Source: Minisyncoccia bacterium (GTDB lineage: Bacteria > Patescibacteriota > Minisyncoccia > Phycocordibacterales > PALSA-1337). Taken from it: 64,000 nucleotides of DNA. Below, one piece after another: positions 1 to 10,002 of the stretch (its first letter is position 1; the number at the start of each line of letters is the position of its first letter). A program made the position numbers and the translations under genes. The DNA is taken from NCBI GenBank assembly GCA_049997795.1, contig JBEKVT010000001.1, positions 173,222-237,221 on the forward strand, read 5' to 3'. The notes under the pieces were generated by a model. That model made no database searches and had not been told where the DNA came from. It was given only the letters and a program-made list of their open reading frames with translations.

Positions 1-30
1 TCGGCAATCTGTCAATAATCATTGCCTGCT

Positions 31-62
31 TAATAAAAACCGTGCGATTGGCGTCGCACGGT
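31..62 (-). terminator. Rho-independent terminator downstream of the 90..563 gene
   Basis: 9-bp stem ACCGTGCGA/TCGCACGGT (about 39-47 and 54-62) with a 6-nt loop, followed on the minus strand by a T-run (TTTTATTA). Confidence 0.6.
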
Positions 63-89
63 TGGGGAGAGGCGGTGGAGTATCTCGTG

Positions 90-563
90 TTATCCGACTG
101 CGGCAGTCTGCTGTTCCTTGTGGTCCTTCCCGCCGGTCGACCACTCCCCGCCGGAAATGTCTGCGACTGAATGGATATGGATGCGGACGTAGAAGCTCAT
201 GGCGTCCCAGGCCAATTCCACATACATCGGTTTGTCCGCGGGAACGTCCGCGATCAGGAGCTGTCTTACGTTCCGATGGACTTCCGTCCAGAAGCTGTAT
301 TCGTCGTGGAGGACCGCCCGCTGCTTGGCGACAGCGGAGTTGATCTTGGGAGCAACTAATCCTGACGCCCAGAAATTCCGGTCGCCGTCCCAGGCGATCC
401 TCTCGACATTGATGACATTCTCTTCTCCTTTGTAAGCAACCGAGTAGTCGCCGGGAAGATGCATGAACACCCGTTCGATGTCGCAGATCCGTTCGGCGGC
501 CCTTGCCGCGAGCGGCCACAGGATCAATGCCGGGACCAGAAAAAACAGAGCCTTTGTCTTCAT
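90..563 (-). CDS. hypothetical secreted protein
   Basis: N-terminal signal peptide MKTKALFFLVPALILWPLAARAA; no recognisable catalytic motif. Confidence 0.45.
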   Translation of the reverse strand: MKTKALFFLVPALILWPLAARAAERICDIERVFMHLPGDYSVAYKGEENVINVERIAWDGDRNFWASGLVAPKINSAVAKQRAVLHDEYSFWTEVHRNVRQLLIADVPADKPMYVELAWDAMSFYVRIHIHSVADISGGEWSTGGKDHKEQQTAAVG

Positions 564-840
564 GTTCCTATTCCTCTAGAGATGTGCTTGCTCGGACCTC
601 GCCATGAAAATGGCTATAAACGAGCAGATATTTGGTTTTTGCTGGTTACAATATAGATCACAAAGTAATTTTTGTCAATAGGATTTGGTTCTGATGGCTC
701 TTGCATCTTGCCTTTTACAATGCCTGTGCTATGCTTCCCCCGTCAGTACGTTCGCCCTTCCGGCGGACTTATTTGTTAAGGGGGCCCGTACAGCCCAAAG
801 GCCAGAAAACTTAATAACAGCAGAATAACAACTAAATAAT

Positions 841-2145
841 ATGTTCGATCTCAAAACCATAAATTCGGTGGTCCAACAGCTCGAGGAAGAGCGCGGCATC
901 CCGCGCGAGAAGACCTTGGAGGCCATCGCCATGGCTTTCGCCACCGCTTACAAGAAGGAGTACGGCAAGAAAGGCCAGATCGTCCGCGCCTCGTTCGACG
1001 AGAATACCGGCGCAGTCGAATTCTGGCAGGTCAAGATCGTGGTCGACCGCGATCAGGTCATTATGGAGGGTGAAGAGGAAATGGCGCACGAGGAATTGAA
1101 GGCGGCCGACGTCGAAGACATCAAGATCCGCTTCAACCCGGAACAGCACATGCTCATAGAGGACGCCAGGAGGATCAAGAAAGACGCGGCGGTCGGCGAC
1201 GAGCTCGTCTTTCCGCTTGAGATGAAGGCCGATTTCGGCCGCATCGCCGCCCAGACCGCCAAGCAGATCATCATCCAGAAGATCCGCGAGGCCGAGAAGG
1301 TCTCGGTCATGAGCGAATACGGCGAGAAAGAAGGCGAGGTGGTGGCCGGCACGGTGGAGCGCGTTGAGCGCGGCGTGGTCTACATCGACATGGGCCGGGC
1401 TGTCGGCATCATTCCCTACGAGGAACAGATCCCGACCGAGCGCTGGAAGACCGGCGACCGCATCAGGGCCTACCTCTACGCCGTGGAGGAGACGCCGCGC
1501 GGCATTGTCCTCAAGCTGTCTCGCTCCCATCCGAAATTCCTGGCTAAGCTCTTCGAGACCGAGGCGCCGGAGATCGCTCAGGGCACCGTGGAAATCAAGG
1601 CTATCGCCCGCGAAGCCGGCTCGCGCTCGAAGGTCGCCGCCGTCTCGCATGACCCGCACATTGATCCGATCGGCTCTTTGGTCGGCCAGAGGGGCGTCCG
1701 CGTCTCGACCGTGACCAGCGAATTGTCAGGCGAGAAGATAGACATCGTCGAATGGAACGAGGACCCGGCTCTCTTCATCGAAGAGGCCCTGTCCCCCGCC
1801 GAAGTCGTCTCGCTTGAGCTCATCGACGAAGAGCATCGCGCCATCGTCACTGTGACAGAGGATGAGCAGTCGCTCGCCATAGGCAAGGGCGGCCAGAACG
1901 TCCGCCTGGCCGCCAAGCTGACCGGCTGGAAGATAGACATAAGATCGATCGGCGGAGACGTTCTCGATGAGGAGGAACCGGGGGAGGCCGAGGGCGTGGC
2001 CGATGTCGTGGCCAAGATAGAGGAAGAGAAGCTGGAAGAAAAAGTCGAGAAGAAGACTGAGGAAACCGAAAAAACCGAGACCGAACCGAAGGCTGAAGAA
2101 AAAAAGGCGGAGACGAAGGTGAAAAAGGCGAAGATTGGAAAATAA
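841..2145 (+). CDS. nusA: transcription termination/antitermination factor NusA
   Basis: 434 aa; N-terminal NusA domain plus S1 and tandem KH regions (GKGGQNVRLAAKLTGWKIDI), lysine/glutamate-rich C-terminal tail. Confidence 0.9.
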   Translation: MFDLKTINSVVQQLEEERGIPREKTLEAIAMAFATAYKKEYGKKGQIVRASFDENTGAVEFWQVKIVVDRDQVIMEGEEEMAHEELKAADVEDIKIRFNPEQHMLIEDARRIKKDAAVGDELVFPLEMKADFGRIAAQTAKQIIIQKIREAEKVSVMSEYGEKEGEVVAGTVERVERGVVYIDMGRAVGIIPYEEQIPTERWKTGDRIRAYLYAVEETPRGIVLKLSRSHPKFLAKLFETEAPEIAQGTVEIKAIAREAGSRSKVAAVSHDPHIDPIGSLVGQRGVRVSTVTSELSGEKIDIVEWNEDPALFIEEALSPAEVVSLELIDEEHRAIVTVTEDEQSLAIGKGGQNVRLAAKLTGWKIDIRSIGGDVLDEEEPGEAEGVADVVAKIEEEKLEEKVEKKTEETEKTETEPKAEEKKAETKVKKAKIGK

Positions 2146-2175
2146 AGACCGGCGATTAAGACAAAACGACGGACA

Positions 2176-2184
2176 TGCTATAAT
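2176..2184 (+). promoter_or_regulatory. extended -10 element TGcTATAAT upstream of the 2237 gene
   Basis: catGCTATAATctc about 50 nt upstream of the ATG at 2237; the same 9-mer recurs at many other starts in this window. Confidence 0.4.
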
Positions 2185-2236
2185 CTCTCCTGCCGCAAAT
2201 CCGTCCGCGGCGTCTTACTTCGGTAAACATCTTCCA

Positions 2237-3187
2237 ATGAAAAACTCATATATCTTGGGCGCGGCACTTGCTTCAATGCTCGTCCTCGGCCTGCCGGCCT
2301 TGGTCGGAGCGCAGGGGCCGATCGGCGCCGGAGTCACCACTACTAATAACGCGGTCATTCCCATCCCGCCGCCAGACCTTAGCCCCGGCAGCGTGCTTCC
2401 CGTCCCGCCCACCTCGATCAAAGACAGGCTGGAGAGTGGCTACGACGCGCGCATGCAGAATCTCCGCAATAACGAGGATTACCGGAACGCCGTCATGGGC
2501 ACCACTTCCGGCCCTTGGGCCAGCACGACCGCCAAGCTCCGGAATGAGATCTACAAGGTGCCTTCCCTTCCCGGAGAAACAACGGGGCCGGGAGCAGCGA
2601 TGCGGTTGGCCTCGACCAGCCCGTGGCGCGGGTACGCCGAGGAGACTACCACCGAGCCGCGCCCTTATTTGATGCCGCCTCTCATGAGGAGATTCGCCTC
2701 CTCGACTCCTTTCGCTTCGACCACCATAACGGAACAGGTCGATGCCAAACGCGGCCGGGTAGAGAAGATGCGCGCCGACCTGTTCGCCTGGGCCCAGGAT
2801 CATCTCATAGGCGAGCTCACGCAGGCCTTGGATAATCTGAAGCAGATCGAGAGCCGCATCGCTTCGAGGATCCAGACGGAAACCCAGAACGGCCGCGACA
2901 TGTCGAGCTCCACACGGCTTTTTTCGGTCGCCGACGGCAAGATAAACGAGGCCGATTCGGCCATCAAGGCTCTGGCCGTCTATATGCCGTCCGCTTCTTC
3001 CACGGAAGATATATCCGCTTCGACCACTATAGACCTAGGGCAACCAAGGACGCTGGGCACCGCGGCTATCAAGGCCGTGAATGACGCCAAGCAGGCCTTG
3101 AACGATGTCGTCGCGGCCATCATCGGAGCCCCCGGCCCGAGACCGGGCGAAAACAATCGCCGGAACGCCTCGACGACTATCCAATGA
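2237..3187 (+). CDS. hypothetical secreted/membrane-anchored protein
   Basis: internal ATG chosen at 2237 (MKNSYILGAALASMLVLGLPALVGAQG signal peptide); ORF track extends to 2135 but that extension lacks a signal-peptide context. Confidence 0.5.
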   Translation: MKNSYILGAALASMLVLGLPALVGAQGPIGAGVTTTNNAVIPIPPPDLSPGSVLPVPPTSIKDRLESGYDARMQNLRNNEDYRNAVMGTTSGPWASTTAKLRNEIYKVPSLPGETTGPGAAMRLASTSPWRGYAEETTTEPRPYLMPPLMRRFASSTPFASTTITEQVDAKRGRVEKMRADLFAWAQDHLIGELTQALDNLKQIESRIASRIQTETQNGRDMSSSTRLFSVADGKINEADSAIKALAVYMPSASSTEDISASTTIDLGQPRTLGTAAIKAVNDAKQALNDVVAAIIGAPGPRPGENNRRNASTTIQ

Positions 3188-3223
3188 TCCGAAGATAAAT
3201 TATAATAATCAACCAAAAGAGCC

Positions 3224-3559
3224 ATGGACCAAAACCAACAACAAGCACCACCGATCGGTGGTGCCACGAACGAGAGACAGCCCGCCCCGAGCGGCAACGG
3301 CGAGAAGAGGGTCGGCCCGATCATCGCCACGCTCATCATCGTCTTGGTCCTCATCATCGTCGCCCTGTATCTCTTCGCCTCAAGGATCAATCAGCCGGCT
3401 GTCCCGGAAGATAATTCCACGGCCGCCGGGAACGACAACTCCGGGGCCGTCGCGGCCGACCAATCGGTCCAGCCGGTCGTCGGTACTTCCACCGATCTAG
3501 ATTCCCTGCAGAACGACCTCAATAAGTCTACGACGGGCCTGGACAACCAGAACTTTTGA
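3224..3559 (+). CDS. small single-pass membrane protein
   Basis: 111 aa with one hydrophobic helix IIATLIIVLVLIIVALYLFA. Confidence 0.4.
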   Translation: MDQNQQQAPPIGGATNERQPAPSGNGEKRVGPIIATLIIVLVLIIVALYLFASRINQPAVPEDNSTAAGNDNSGAVAADQSVQPVVGTSTDLDSLQNDLNKSTTGLDNQNF

Positions 3560-3577
3560 GCTGGGCTCTCTCATCAT

Positions 3578-4648
3578 ATGGAACAAAAGACATACGGCGC
3601 GGCTTCGGTCGCGAAGCTTGACGGCTCTTGTGTTGAGATAACAGGCTCGATCCCGGCGGAAACCTGGGAGAGATTCCGGCCAGCGGCTCTCAAGAAGCTG
3701 AATGAGTCCACTGCCATCGACGGCTTCCGCATGGGCAACGCGCCCGAGAGCGTCCTCGTATCGAAAGTCGGCGAGACAGCGGTGCTCGAGGAGATGGCCG
3801 GGCTGGCCTTAAATGATGCTTATAAGGACATCCTGAAGGACCAGAAAATCGACGCCGTCGGAAGGACGGCCATCCAGCTCACCAAGCTGGCCAAGGGCAA
3901 TCCGCTGGAATTCAAGGCGACCACGGCTGTGGTGCCAGAAGTCAGGCTGCCTGATTACAAGAAGCTCTCCGCCAAGGCGATCGTAAAATCAGACGCAGAC
4001 GATGAAAAAGTCACTGACAAGGATATCGATGACGCCGTTTTGCGCATCCGCAAGATGCACGCCTCGCACGAAGGCCATGACCACGGGAAGATGACGCCGG
4101 AAGAGCACGAGAAGGCGATAATGGACAACCTGCCGGAGCTCACAGACGAGTTCGTGAGGAAGATGGGCGCCGGGAGCGACGTGCCCGACTTCAGGGCAAG
4201 GCTTGGAGCCATGCTCGCCGAAGACAAGCGCGGCGCAGCGCGAGACAAACGCCGCCTTAGGATCTCCGACGCCATCGCCGACGCAACGAAGGTGGAACTC
4301 CCTGATATCATGGTGGAGAGCGAGCTCCGGCGCATCGAGGCCCAATTCAGGGCCGACATAGAGCGCATGGACGTTAAGCTCGACGATTACCTCGAGCATG
4401 CCAAGAAGTCCATGGAGGACGTCCGCAAGGAATGGCGGCCGCACGCCGAAAAGAAAGTGAAGCTGCAGCTCATCTTGAACGCGATCGCCAAGGCCGAGAA
4501 CATCAAGGCAGAGCCGGCCGAGATCGAGGCCGAGGTCAAGCGCATCATGGAGAACTACAAAGATGCCGACCGCGAGCGCACGGCCGTCTACGCCGAAACC
4601 GTGCTAACTAACGAGAAGGTGTTCGAGTTCCTCGAGAAGGGGGCATGA
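3578..4648 (+). CDS. tig: trigger factor (ribosome-associated chaperone), PPIase domain absent
   Basis: N-terminal ribosome-binding signature GFRMGNAPESV (GFRxGxxP motif); C-terminal arm domain (NLPELTDEFVRKMG); 356 aa, with no FKBP-type segment between them. Confidence 0.7.
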   Translation: MEQKTYGAASVAKLDGSCVEITGSIPAETWERFRPAALKKLNESTAIDGFRMGNAPESVLVSKVGETAVLEEMAGLALNDAYKDILKDQKIDAVGRTAIQLTKLAKGNPLEFKATTAVVPEVRLPDYKKLSAKAIVKSDADDEKVTDKDIDDAVLRIRKMHASHEGHDHGKMTPEEHEKAIMDNLPELTDEFVRKMGAGSDVPDFRARLGAMLAEDKRGAARDKRRLRISDAIADATKVELPDIMVESELRRIEAQFRADIERMDVKLDDYLEHAKKSMEDVRKEWRPHAEKKVKLQLILNAIAKAENIKAEPAEIEAEVKRIMENYKDADRERTAVYAETVLTNEKVFEFLEKGA

Positions 4649-4800
4649 AACCGGGGGCAGTTGATGAAATCGGCCGGGCCGCGGATATCAGCCACAAAAG
4701 GGTAGGAACGAGGGCGGTAATCGCCCGCAGGCTATGTAGGCCTGGACAATGAACAAAAACAGTATTCTTGTGAAACGAGCCGGCCCCGCCTCAGGCCGTC

Positions 4801-5382
4801 TTATTTCTTATTCGCCAGGACCTGGTCTATGATGCCGTATTTCTTGGCTTCCTCGGCGTCCATGAAGAAGTCCCGGTCGACGTCTTTCTCGATCTTGGCG
4901 GGAGTCTGGCCCGTATTCTTCGCCAGGATCTTATTCAGGACGGCGCGCGTCTTCAGGATATGCTTGGCGCTTATCTCGATATCCGAGGCCTGGCCCTCCG
5001 CGCCGCCGAGCGGCTGATGGATCATCACTTCCGAGGTCGGCAGGGCGAAGCGCTTGCCTTTGGTGCCGGCGGAGAGAATGAGGGCCGCGCCGGAAGCCGC
5101 CACGCCGACGCAGACCGTGGAGATGTCGTTCTTCACGTGCTGCATAGTGTCGACGATGGCCAGGGTAGCCGTCACGGACCCGCCCGGCGAGTTGATGTAG
5201 AGGGATATCTCCTTCTTCGGGTCCTCATGCTGCAAGAACAGGAGCTGGGCGATCACGATATTGGCGACATTGTCGTCTATCGGCCCGCCCAGAAAGACGA
5301 TGTTCTCTTTCAGGAGCCGTGAGTAGATATCATAGACGCGCTCGCCGAAGCTTGACTTTTCGATGACGGTGGGGATGAGCAT
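4801..5382 (-). CDS. clpP: ATP-dependent Clp protease proteolytic subunit
   Basis: 193 aa; catalytic Ser ([11 protein letters not shown]), His (MIHQP) and Asp (DRDFFM) in canonical spacing. Confidence 0.92.
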   Translation of the reverse strand: MLIPTVIEKSSFGERVYDIYSRLLKENIVFLGGPIDDNVANIVIAQLLFLQHEDPKKEISLYINSPGGSVTATLAIVDTMQHVKNDISTVCVGVAASGAALILSAGTKGKRFALPTSEVMIHQPLGGAEGQASDIEISAKHILKTRAVLNKILAKNTGQTPAKIEKDVDRDFFMDAEEAKKYGIIDQVLANKK

Positions 5383-5584
5383 GGCTTTTACGGATTACCC
5401 GACGAATATATCGCGGAGTTGCGCAAAAGTAAAGGGTGTTATATCATATCGATGTTATCAAATATTAATCCCGACTACGCATTCCTGATCTCGTGACACC
5501 CAATTTATGAGCCTTACTTCCCTATCCGAACACGATCATATATTGATTTCACCATAGTTCTCGAAGAGCGGGTCGCATCCGCAC

Positions 5585-7114
5585 ATGTCGTTAAAATTAG
5601 TAGCCCTTCTACTCTCCGCGGCGGGGGTGGCAGGCATCGCGATCGGATACTATCTCCGGTACCTCATCACCCTGGGCAAGAAAGGCTCCATGGAGATAGA
5701 GGTCAAGGAGATGCTCCTCGCGGCCAAGGAAGAGGCCAAGAGGATAACCGCCGAAGCCGAAGCAAAATCCGTCCAGGTCCTTAGCGCGGCCAACGTCGAG
5801 ATCAAGGAAAAGGAGGCCAAGGCCCGTCAGACCGAGGAACGCCTCATCAAGAAAGAGGACATTCTCGACAAGCGCCAGACTGACCTCGACAAGGAAGTCG
5901 AACTCATCAAAAAGCGTGCCGAGGAGATCAAGGTCATCCGCGAAAAGGCCGACAAACTGGAGCTTGACCGCCTGGCCGCCCTGGAAAAAGCAGCCAATCT
6001 CTCGGCGGAGGACGCCAAGAATGAGATCGTCAAGGCCCTCGAGAAGCAGAACGAGGAAGATTTCCTCGTTCGCCTGAATAAGCTGGAGAACCAAGGGGAG
6101 GAGATGCTCGACCAAAAAGCCAAGGATATCCTGGCGGTCTCCATCCAGCGCCTGGCTTCGTCCGTCGCCTCGGATTTCATGTCGTCTACCGTCGAGATCC
6201 CGAATGACGACATCAAAGGCAAGATCATCGGCAAGGAAGGCCGGAACATCAAGGCCTTCGAGCGCGCCACGGGCGTCGAAGTCCTGGTAGACGACACTCC
6301 CGGCGCCATCACCATATCGTCGTTCGACCCGGTGCGCCGACACGTAGCCTCGATTGCCCTGCGCGAGCTCATCAAGGACGGCCGCATCCAGCCGGCCAGG
6401 ATCGAGCAGGTCGTCGAGAAGGCCCGGCAGGACGCCAACAAGACCATCAAGGAGAAAGGCGAGCAGGCCGCCTACGAATGCGGTGTCTTGGGCCTTGACC
6501 CCCGCATCCTGCTCATCCTCGGCCGCCTCCACTTCCGCACCAGTTACGGCCAGAATGTCCTCATGCACTCGATAGAGATGGCCCACATCGCCGGCATGAT
6601 AGCCGAGGAGCTCGGCGCCAACGTCCAGGTGGCCAAGGCCGGAGCCCTCCTCCATGATATCGGTAAGGCCCTCGACCATGAAGTGGCCGGCACTCACGTC
6701 GAGATCGGCCGCCGCATCCTCCAGAAGTTCGGAGCCCCGGAAGACGTCATCAAGGCCATGCAGGCTCACCACGAAGAGTATCCGTATGAGACCGTCGAGT
6801 CGCGCATCGTCCAGACGGCCGACGCCATCTCCGGCGCCAGGCCGGGCGCCCGCCGCGACAACGTCGAGAATTACCTGAAGCGCCTGGGCGACCTCGAAGC
6901 CACGGCCGCTTCGTTCCCCGGCATCGAGAAGGCCTACGCCCTCCAAGCCGGCCGTGAGATCCGCGTCTTCGTCAAGCCAGAAGAGGTTGGCGATATGGAA
7001 GCAAGAGACTTGGCCCGCGACATCGCCTTGAAGATCGAAAAAGACCTGAAATATCCGGGGGAAATTAAGGTTATCGTCATCCGCGAGCTCCGTTCCATCG
7101 AGTTCGCGAGGTAA
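5585..7114 (+). CDS. rny: ribonuclease Y
   Basis: N-terminal TM helix, coiled-coil, KH domain (GKIIGKEGRNIKAFE) and HD domain (LLHDIGKA). Confidence 0.9.
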   Translation: MSLKLVALLLSAAGVAGIAIGYYLRYLITLGKKGSMEIEVKEMLLAAKEEAKRITAEAEAKSVQVLSAANVEIKEKEAKARQTEERLIKKEDILDKRQTDLDKEVELIKKRAEEIKVIREKADKLELDRLAALEKAANLSAEDAKNEIVKALEKQNEEDFLVRLNKLENQGEEMLDQKAKDILAVSIQRLASSVASDFMSSTVEIPNDDIKGKIIGKEGRNIKAFERATGVEVLVDDTPGAITISSFDPVRRHVASIALRELIKDGRIQPARIEQVVEKARQDANKTIKEKGEQAAYECGVLGLDPRILLILGRLHFRTSYGQNVLMHSIEMAHIAGMIAEELGANVQVAKAGALLHDIGKALDHEVAGTHVEIGRRILQKFGAPEDVIKAMQAHHEEYPYETVESRIVQTADAISGARPGARRDNVENYLKRLGDLEATAASFPGIEKAYALQAGREIRVFVKPEEVGDMEARDLARDIALKIEKDLKYPGEIKVIVIRELRSIEFAR

Positions 7115-7176
7115 TTAGAAAATCAAAAATCAGGCGTTTCCAGTAAAAACGGGCTCATTTCAGGGCCTGTTTTTGC

Positions 7177-7206
7177 TTGACTTTCTCAAATAAGATGTGC
7201 TATAAT
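7177..7206 (+). promoter_or_regulatory. sigma70-type promoter TTGACT-18-TGcTATAAT
   Basis: gcTTGACTttctcaaataagatgTGcTATAATtaa; drives the 7265 membrane-protein gene; leader of about 50 nt with an AAGGAA Shine-Dalgarno before the GTG start. Confidence 0.6.
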
Positions 7207-7264
7207 TAATTTGTATAGTTAGAGCACATTTCCAGCCACATCAACCTCGAAAGAAAGGAAATCT

Positions 7265-7921
7265 GTGAACACAAAGTTGTTTCGCATCACTGGAAGCGAC
7301 GTGTTCGCCGCTTTCCAGGTCTTCATGGCCTATTACTTTACGGTGCCGCAAGTCCGGCGGATGTTCGTCAGCGTCCAAGGCGTGACCATCAATTGGCTCC
7401 TGTGTGCAGCGATCTTCATCGGTCTTTGCTTGTACACGTCGGTCGGTTTATACCGCAAGGACGCTAGCCGTTCGACTCTGCAAGCTTTGGTCATCTACGC
7501 CAATTGGGCCGTCCTGCTCATCCCTTTGGTGACCATCGCCTTCCTGAAATGTGCCTGGACCAGGCAAGACTCGCTGATCTTCTCTCTCATCATGATCTCG
7601 GCTGTGGCTGTGGTCATCTGGGGAAAGTTCAATGGGCATGATCTGGGTCATCCCATCATCCGTGGTATGCTCGTAGGCTTGTTCCGGGTGGTTCCCCACC
7701 TATTCATGGCTTACTGCATCTTCAGTGTCAGGAGCGGACACGGCATAGCGGTAAAGACGGTCATGGCGGCTAATATCACCGCTCTGGCCAGGATCGGCAC
7801 CTTATACCTCTCGGGACGCAAGTCCCATTGGGAAAAAGGTGTACGAGCCCTGCTCTTGGCGGAGTCCGCCAATGAAGTGAGCTGGATGGTTACTACTTTG
7901 ATGTGGTACATCTACCTCTGA
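7265..7921 (+). CDS. hypothetical polytopic membrane protein (GTG start)
   Basis: 218 aa, 5-6 predicted TM helices; lies in a visibly AT-richer segment than its neighbours. Confidence 0.5.
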   Translation: MNTKLFRITGSDVFAAFQVFMAYYFTVPQVRRMFVSVQGVTINWLLCAAIFIGLCLYTSVGLYRKDASRSTLQALVIYANWAVLLIPLVTIAFLKCAWTRQDSLIFSLIMISAVAVVIWGKFNGHDLGHPIIRGMLVGLFRVVPHLFMAYCIFSVRSGHGIAVKTVMAANITALARIGTLYLSGRKSHWEKGVRALLLAESANEVSWMVTTLMWYIYL

Positions 7922-7975
7922 TTTGAACAAAACTGCCCCCTCGCACCTAGTTGTGCGGGGGGCTTATCATTTACA

Positions 7976-8719
7976 TCATTTCGAGATATGACCAGTGTAT
8001 GCCTCCACAGTAAGATTCTGGATTATGCCGGTCATTTTTTCAGGATATTCAATGCACTGCTTTATCGCCTTGGCAACAATGTGTGGGTTTTTCAGCTTAT
8101 GATTTTGAATGCCTTCCTTGGTACGTTCAAATAATTTACCTTTGCCCATACGAAATATATTCTCATGTATACGCGTCGCCGTCATGCCCGGACGGAATAT
8201 GATAAATCTCACAGACGAGTTATCCGGTAATTTTGAGCATTGAGTGAAATACTCTTCAAACTCTTTTTTTGTCTGCGCATATAACTCAACGACTGGATCA
8301 CGGTCGTCCTCCTTAAAAATGTCAGTTGAAATAAACACGACTGTCCCATTCGATTTCCTCAGTAGCGGCAATGTTTTCTGTAAAATATCCATATTGGCTT
8401 GAATGTTGACCTCGCGCACATAGCTTTCTGTATATTCTTTTTGATCGATATCACGTACGCCCGTTACCGCTGCGTTGAGGATAAGAGCATCAAGCGAGCT
8501 GTGAGAATCAATAATTTGGGCAATGAATCCTGTACGACTTCCTGGATTGCCAAGATCAACAGTCATGGCGTTGGCGCATTCAAGTGTTGAGCTAAGCATT
8601 TTGTTCTTGACATCATCACGTGAACATGTAATTACATGCCAAACACAGTGGGTGGAAAACAGCGTCACTAATTCACGCCCAATCCCTGACGAACCACCGG
8701 TAATTAGGATATTTTTCAT
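7976..8719 (-). CDS. short-chain dehydrogenase/reductase (SDR) family oxidoreductase
   Basis: N-terminal Rossmann motif ILITGGSSGIGRELV; start placed at MKNILITGG (ORF track extends to 8782); low-GC codon usage. Confidence 0.75.
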   Translation of the reverse strand: MKNILITGGSSGIGRELVTLFSTHCVWHVITCSRDDVKNKMLSSTLECANAMTVDLGNPGSRTGFIAQIIDSHSSLDALILNAAVTGVRDIDQKEYTESYVREVNIQANMDILQKTLPLLRKSNGTVVFISTDIFKEDDRDPVVELYAQTKKEFEEYFTQCSKLPDNSSVRFIIFRPGMTATRIHENIFRMGKGKLFERTKEGIQNHKLKNPHIVAKAIKQCIEYPEKMTGIIQNLTVEAYTGHISK

Positions 8720-8965
8720 TGTGTTACACACATTATACTTCACCTTATTACCACCCACATCCTGTTTTTCATACAAAAACACGACTTTCTAAAGGAAAGG
8801 AGCGAAAAATGAACAGGCTTGCTCAAAATCTATAAAAATGTCGCAATTCACAGCCCTGTTGACATGGCATTGCCTAAAATACGGCTTAATATATAATAGT
8901 CCCATAGTTCGTAGCTCGGTTGCGTCGGCGCCGAGACCATTTATAAGCATTAAAAGAACACACAG

Positions 8966-9238
8966 ATGAACAAAGCAAGCATTGTGGACGCGGTTCATGG
9001 CGTTCTCGGCGGCACCAAGGTCCAGGCCGAGCAAGCGGTCGAGACTATGATCAACACGGTCATCGACGCTCTTAAGAAGGGCGAGGAGGTTTCCATCGCC
9101 GGTCTCGGCATCTTCTCGGTCAAGCAGCGCGCTGCTCGCGAGGCCAGGAATCCGAGGACGGGCGAGGCCATCAAGGTCCCGGCCATGAAAGTCCCGAAGT
9201 TTCGCGCCGCAAAGGCCCTGAAGGACGCGGTGAAATAA
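8966..9238 (+). CDS. hup: DNA-binding protein HU
   Basis: 90 aa; HU/IHF signature GLGIFSVKQRAAREARNPRTGEAIKVPA. Confidence 0.9.
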   Translation: MNKASIVDAVHGVLGGTKVQAEQAVETMINTVIDALKKGEEVSIAGLGIFSVKQRAAREARNPRTGEAIKVPAMKVPKFRAAKALKDAVK

Positions 9239-9263
9239 CTACACCTTCCTTTCTGAAGCCCAA

Positions 9264-9290
9264 AAGCCGCCATGATGGCGGCTTTTGTCT
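9264..9290 (+). terminator. Rho-independent terminator after hup
   Basis: AAGCCGCCAT-G-ATGGCGGCTT palindrome followed by TTGTCTT. Confidence 0.6.
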
Positions 9291-9304
9291 TGCTTGGCCA
9301 CTTT

Positions 9305-9312
9305 GTGATAAT
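9305..9312 (+). promoter_or_regulatory. extended -10 TGtGATAAT, 8 nt upstream of the ATG (leaderless arrangement)
   Basis: cttTGTGATAATgtaaccgaATG. Confidence 0.35.
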
Positions 9313-9320
9313 GTAACCGA

Positions 9321-9995
9321 ATGACTGAATGCCACACTCTCATAATCTCCGACATCCACCTCGGCTCGAGGGTCTGCCGGGCCGAAAGGGTCTTAGAGGT
9401 CCTGCGAGAGGTCAAGTTCAAGGATCTGATCATAAACGGAGATCTGTTCGATTCCGACACGACGTATAAATTCAACGGCAAGCACTGGGAGGTGGTCTCG
9501 GCCATTGCTGACATCGCCGACAGGCATTACGTGGTCCTGGTCGGCGGCAATCACGGCCGGGAGCTGGATACCTTAGCGAGGAGGATCGGCCTGAGGGTCA
9601 TAGACAATCACGCCTTCACGGTCGGAAAGAGGAATTTCCTTTGCCTGCACGGCGATGAGTTCGATATCTTCATAAAATACCTGCCGATGACGAGTAAGCT
9701 GTTCGCGTGGCTCTATATCTTCATCCAGAGGTTCGGCGGCAAGAAGCAGCGAGTCTCTATATTCATAAAGAGGCTGAGCAAGATAATCCTGGGACTGGAT
9801 CGCAGCCAAAAAAGACTGGCTCTGCGCAAGGGCGCCAAACAACATGCCAATGTCGTCATCTGCTCCCATACGCATATTCCGCACGTCGATACCAGGAACG
9901 ACATCCTCTTCGTCAATTCCGGCTCGTTCTGCGACAACCCTTGCAACTACGTGACGATCGACAAGAGCGGGCTGGTAGAGCTCCGAGAGGTCTAA
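9321..9995 (+). CDS. calcineurin-like metallophosphoesterase
   Basis: motifs SDIHLG, GDLFD, GGNHG and CSHTH characteristic of the metallophosphatase superfamily (LpxH/YfcE-like). Confidence 0.7.
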   Translation: MTECHTLIISDIHLGSRVCRAERVLEVLREVKFKDLIINGDLFDSDTTYKFNGKHWEVVSAIADIADRHYVVLVGGNHGRELDTLARRIGLRVIDNHAFTVGKRNFLCLHGDEFDIFIKYLPMTSKLFAWLYIFIQRFGGKKQRVSIFIKRLSKIILGLDRSQKRLALRKGAKQHANVVICSHTHIPHVDTRNDILFVNSGSFCDNPCNYVTIDKSGLVELREV

Positions 9996-10002
9996 ATAGA
10001 AG

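Noticed and set aside
729-944. 71-aa minus-strand ORF overlapping the nusA start
   Set aside because: It overlaps the well-supported nusA start and promoter region and has no coding-like features.
5609-6946. 445-aa minus-strand ORF antisense to rny
   Set aside because: It is entirely embedded antisense in a gene with clear KH/HD motifs. Its composition is low-complexity Gly/Asp/Leu-rich, typical of spurious high-GC antisense frames. The same logic rejects the antisense ORFs at 832-1659, 40770-41750, 42414-43325, 44849-46177, 53273-53857, 57170-58159, 58959-59756 and 63019-63759.
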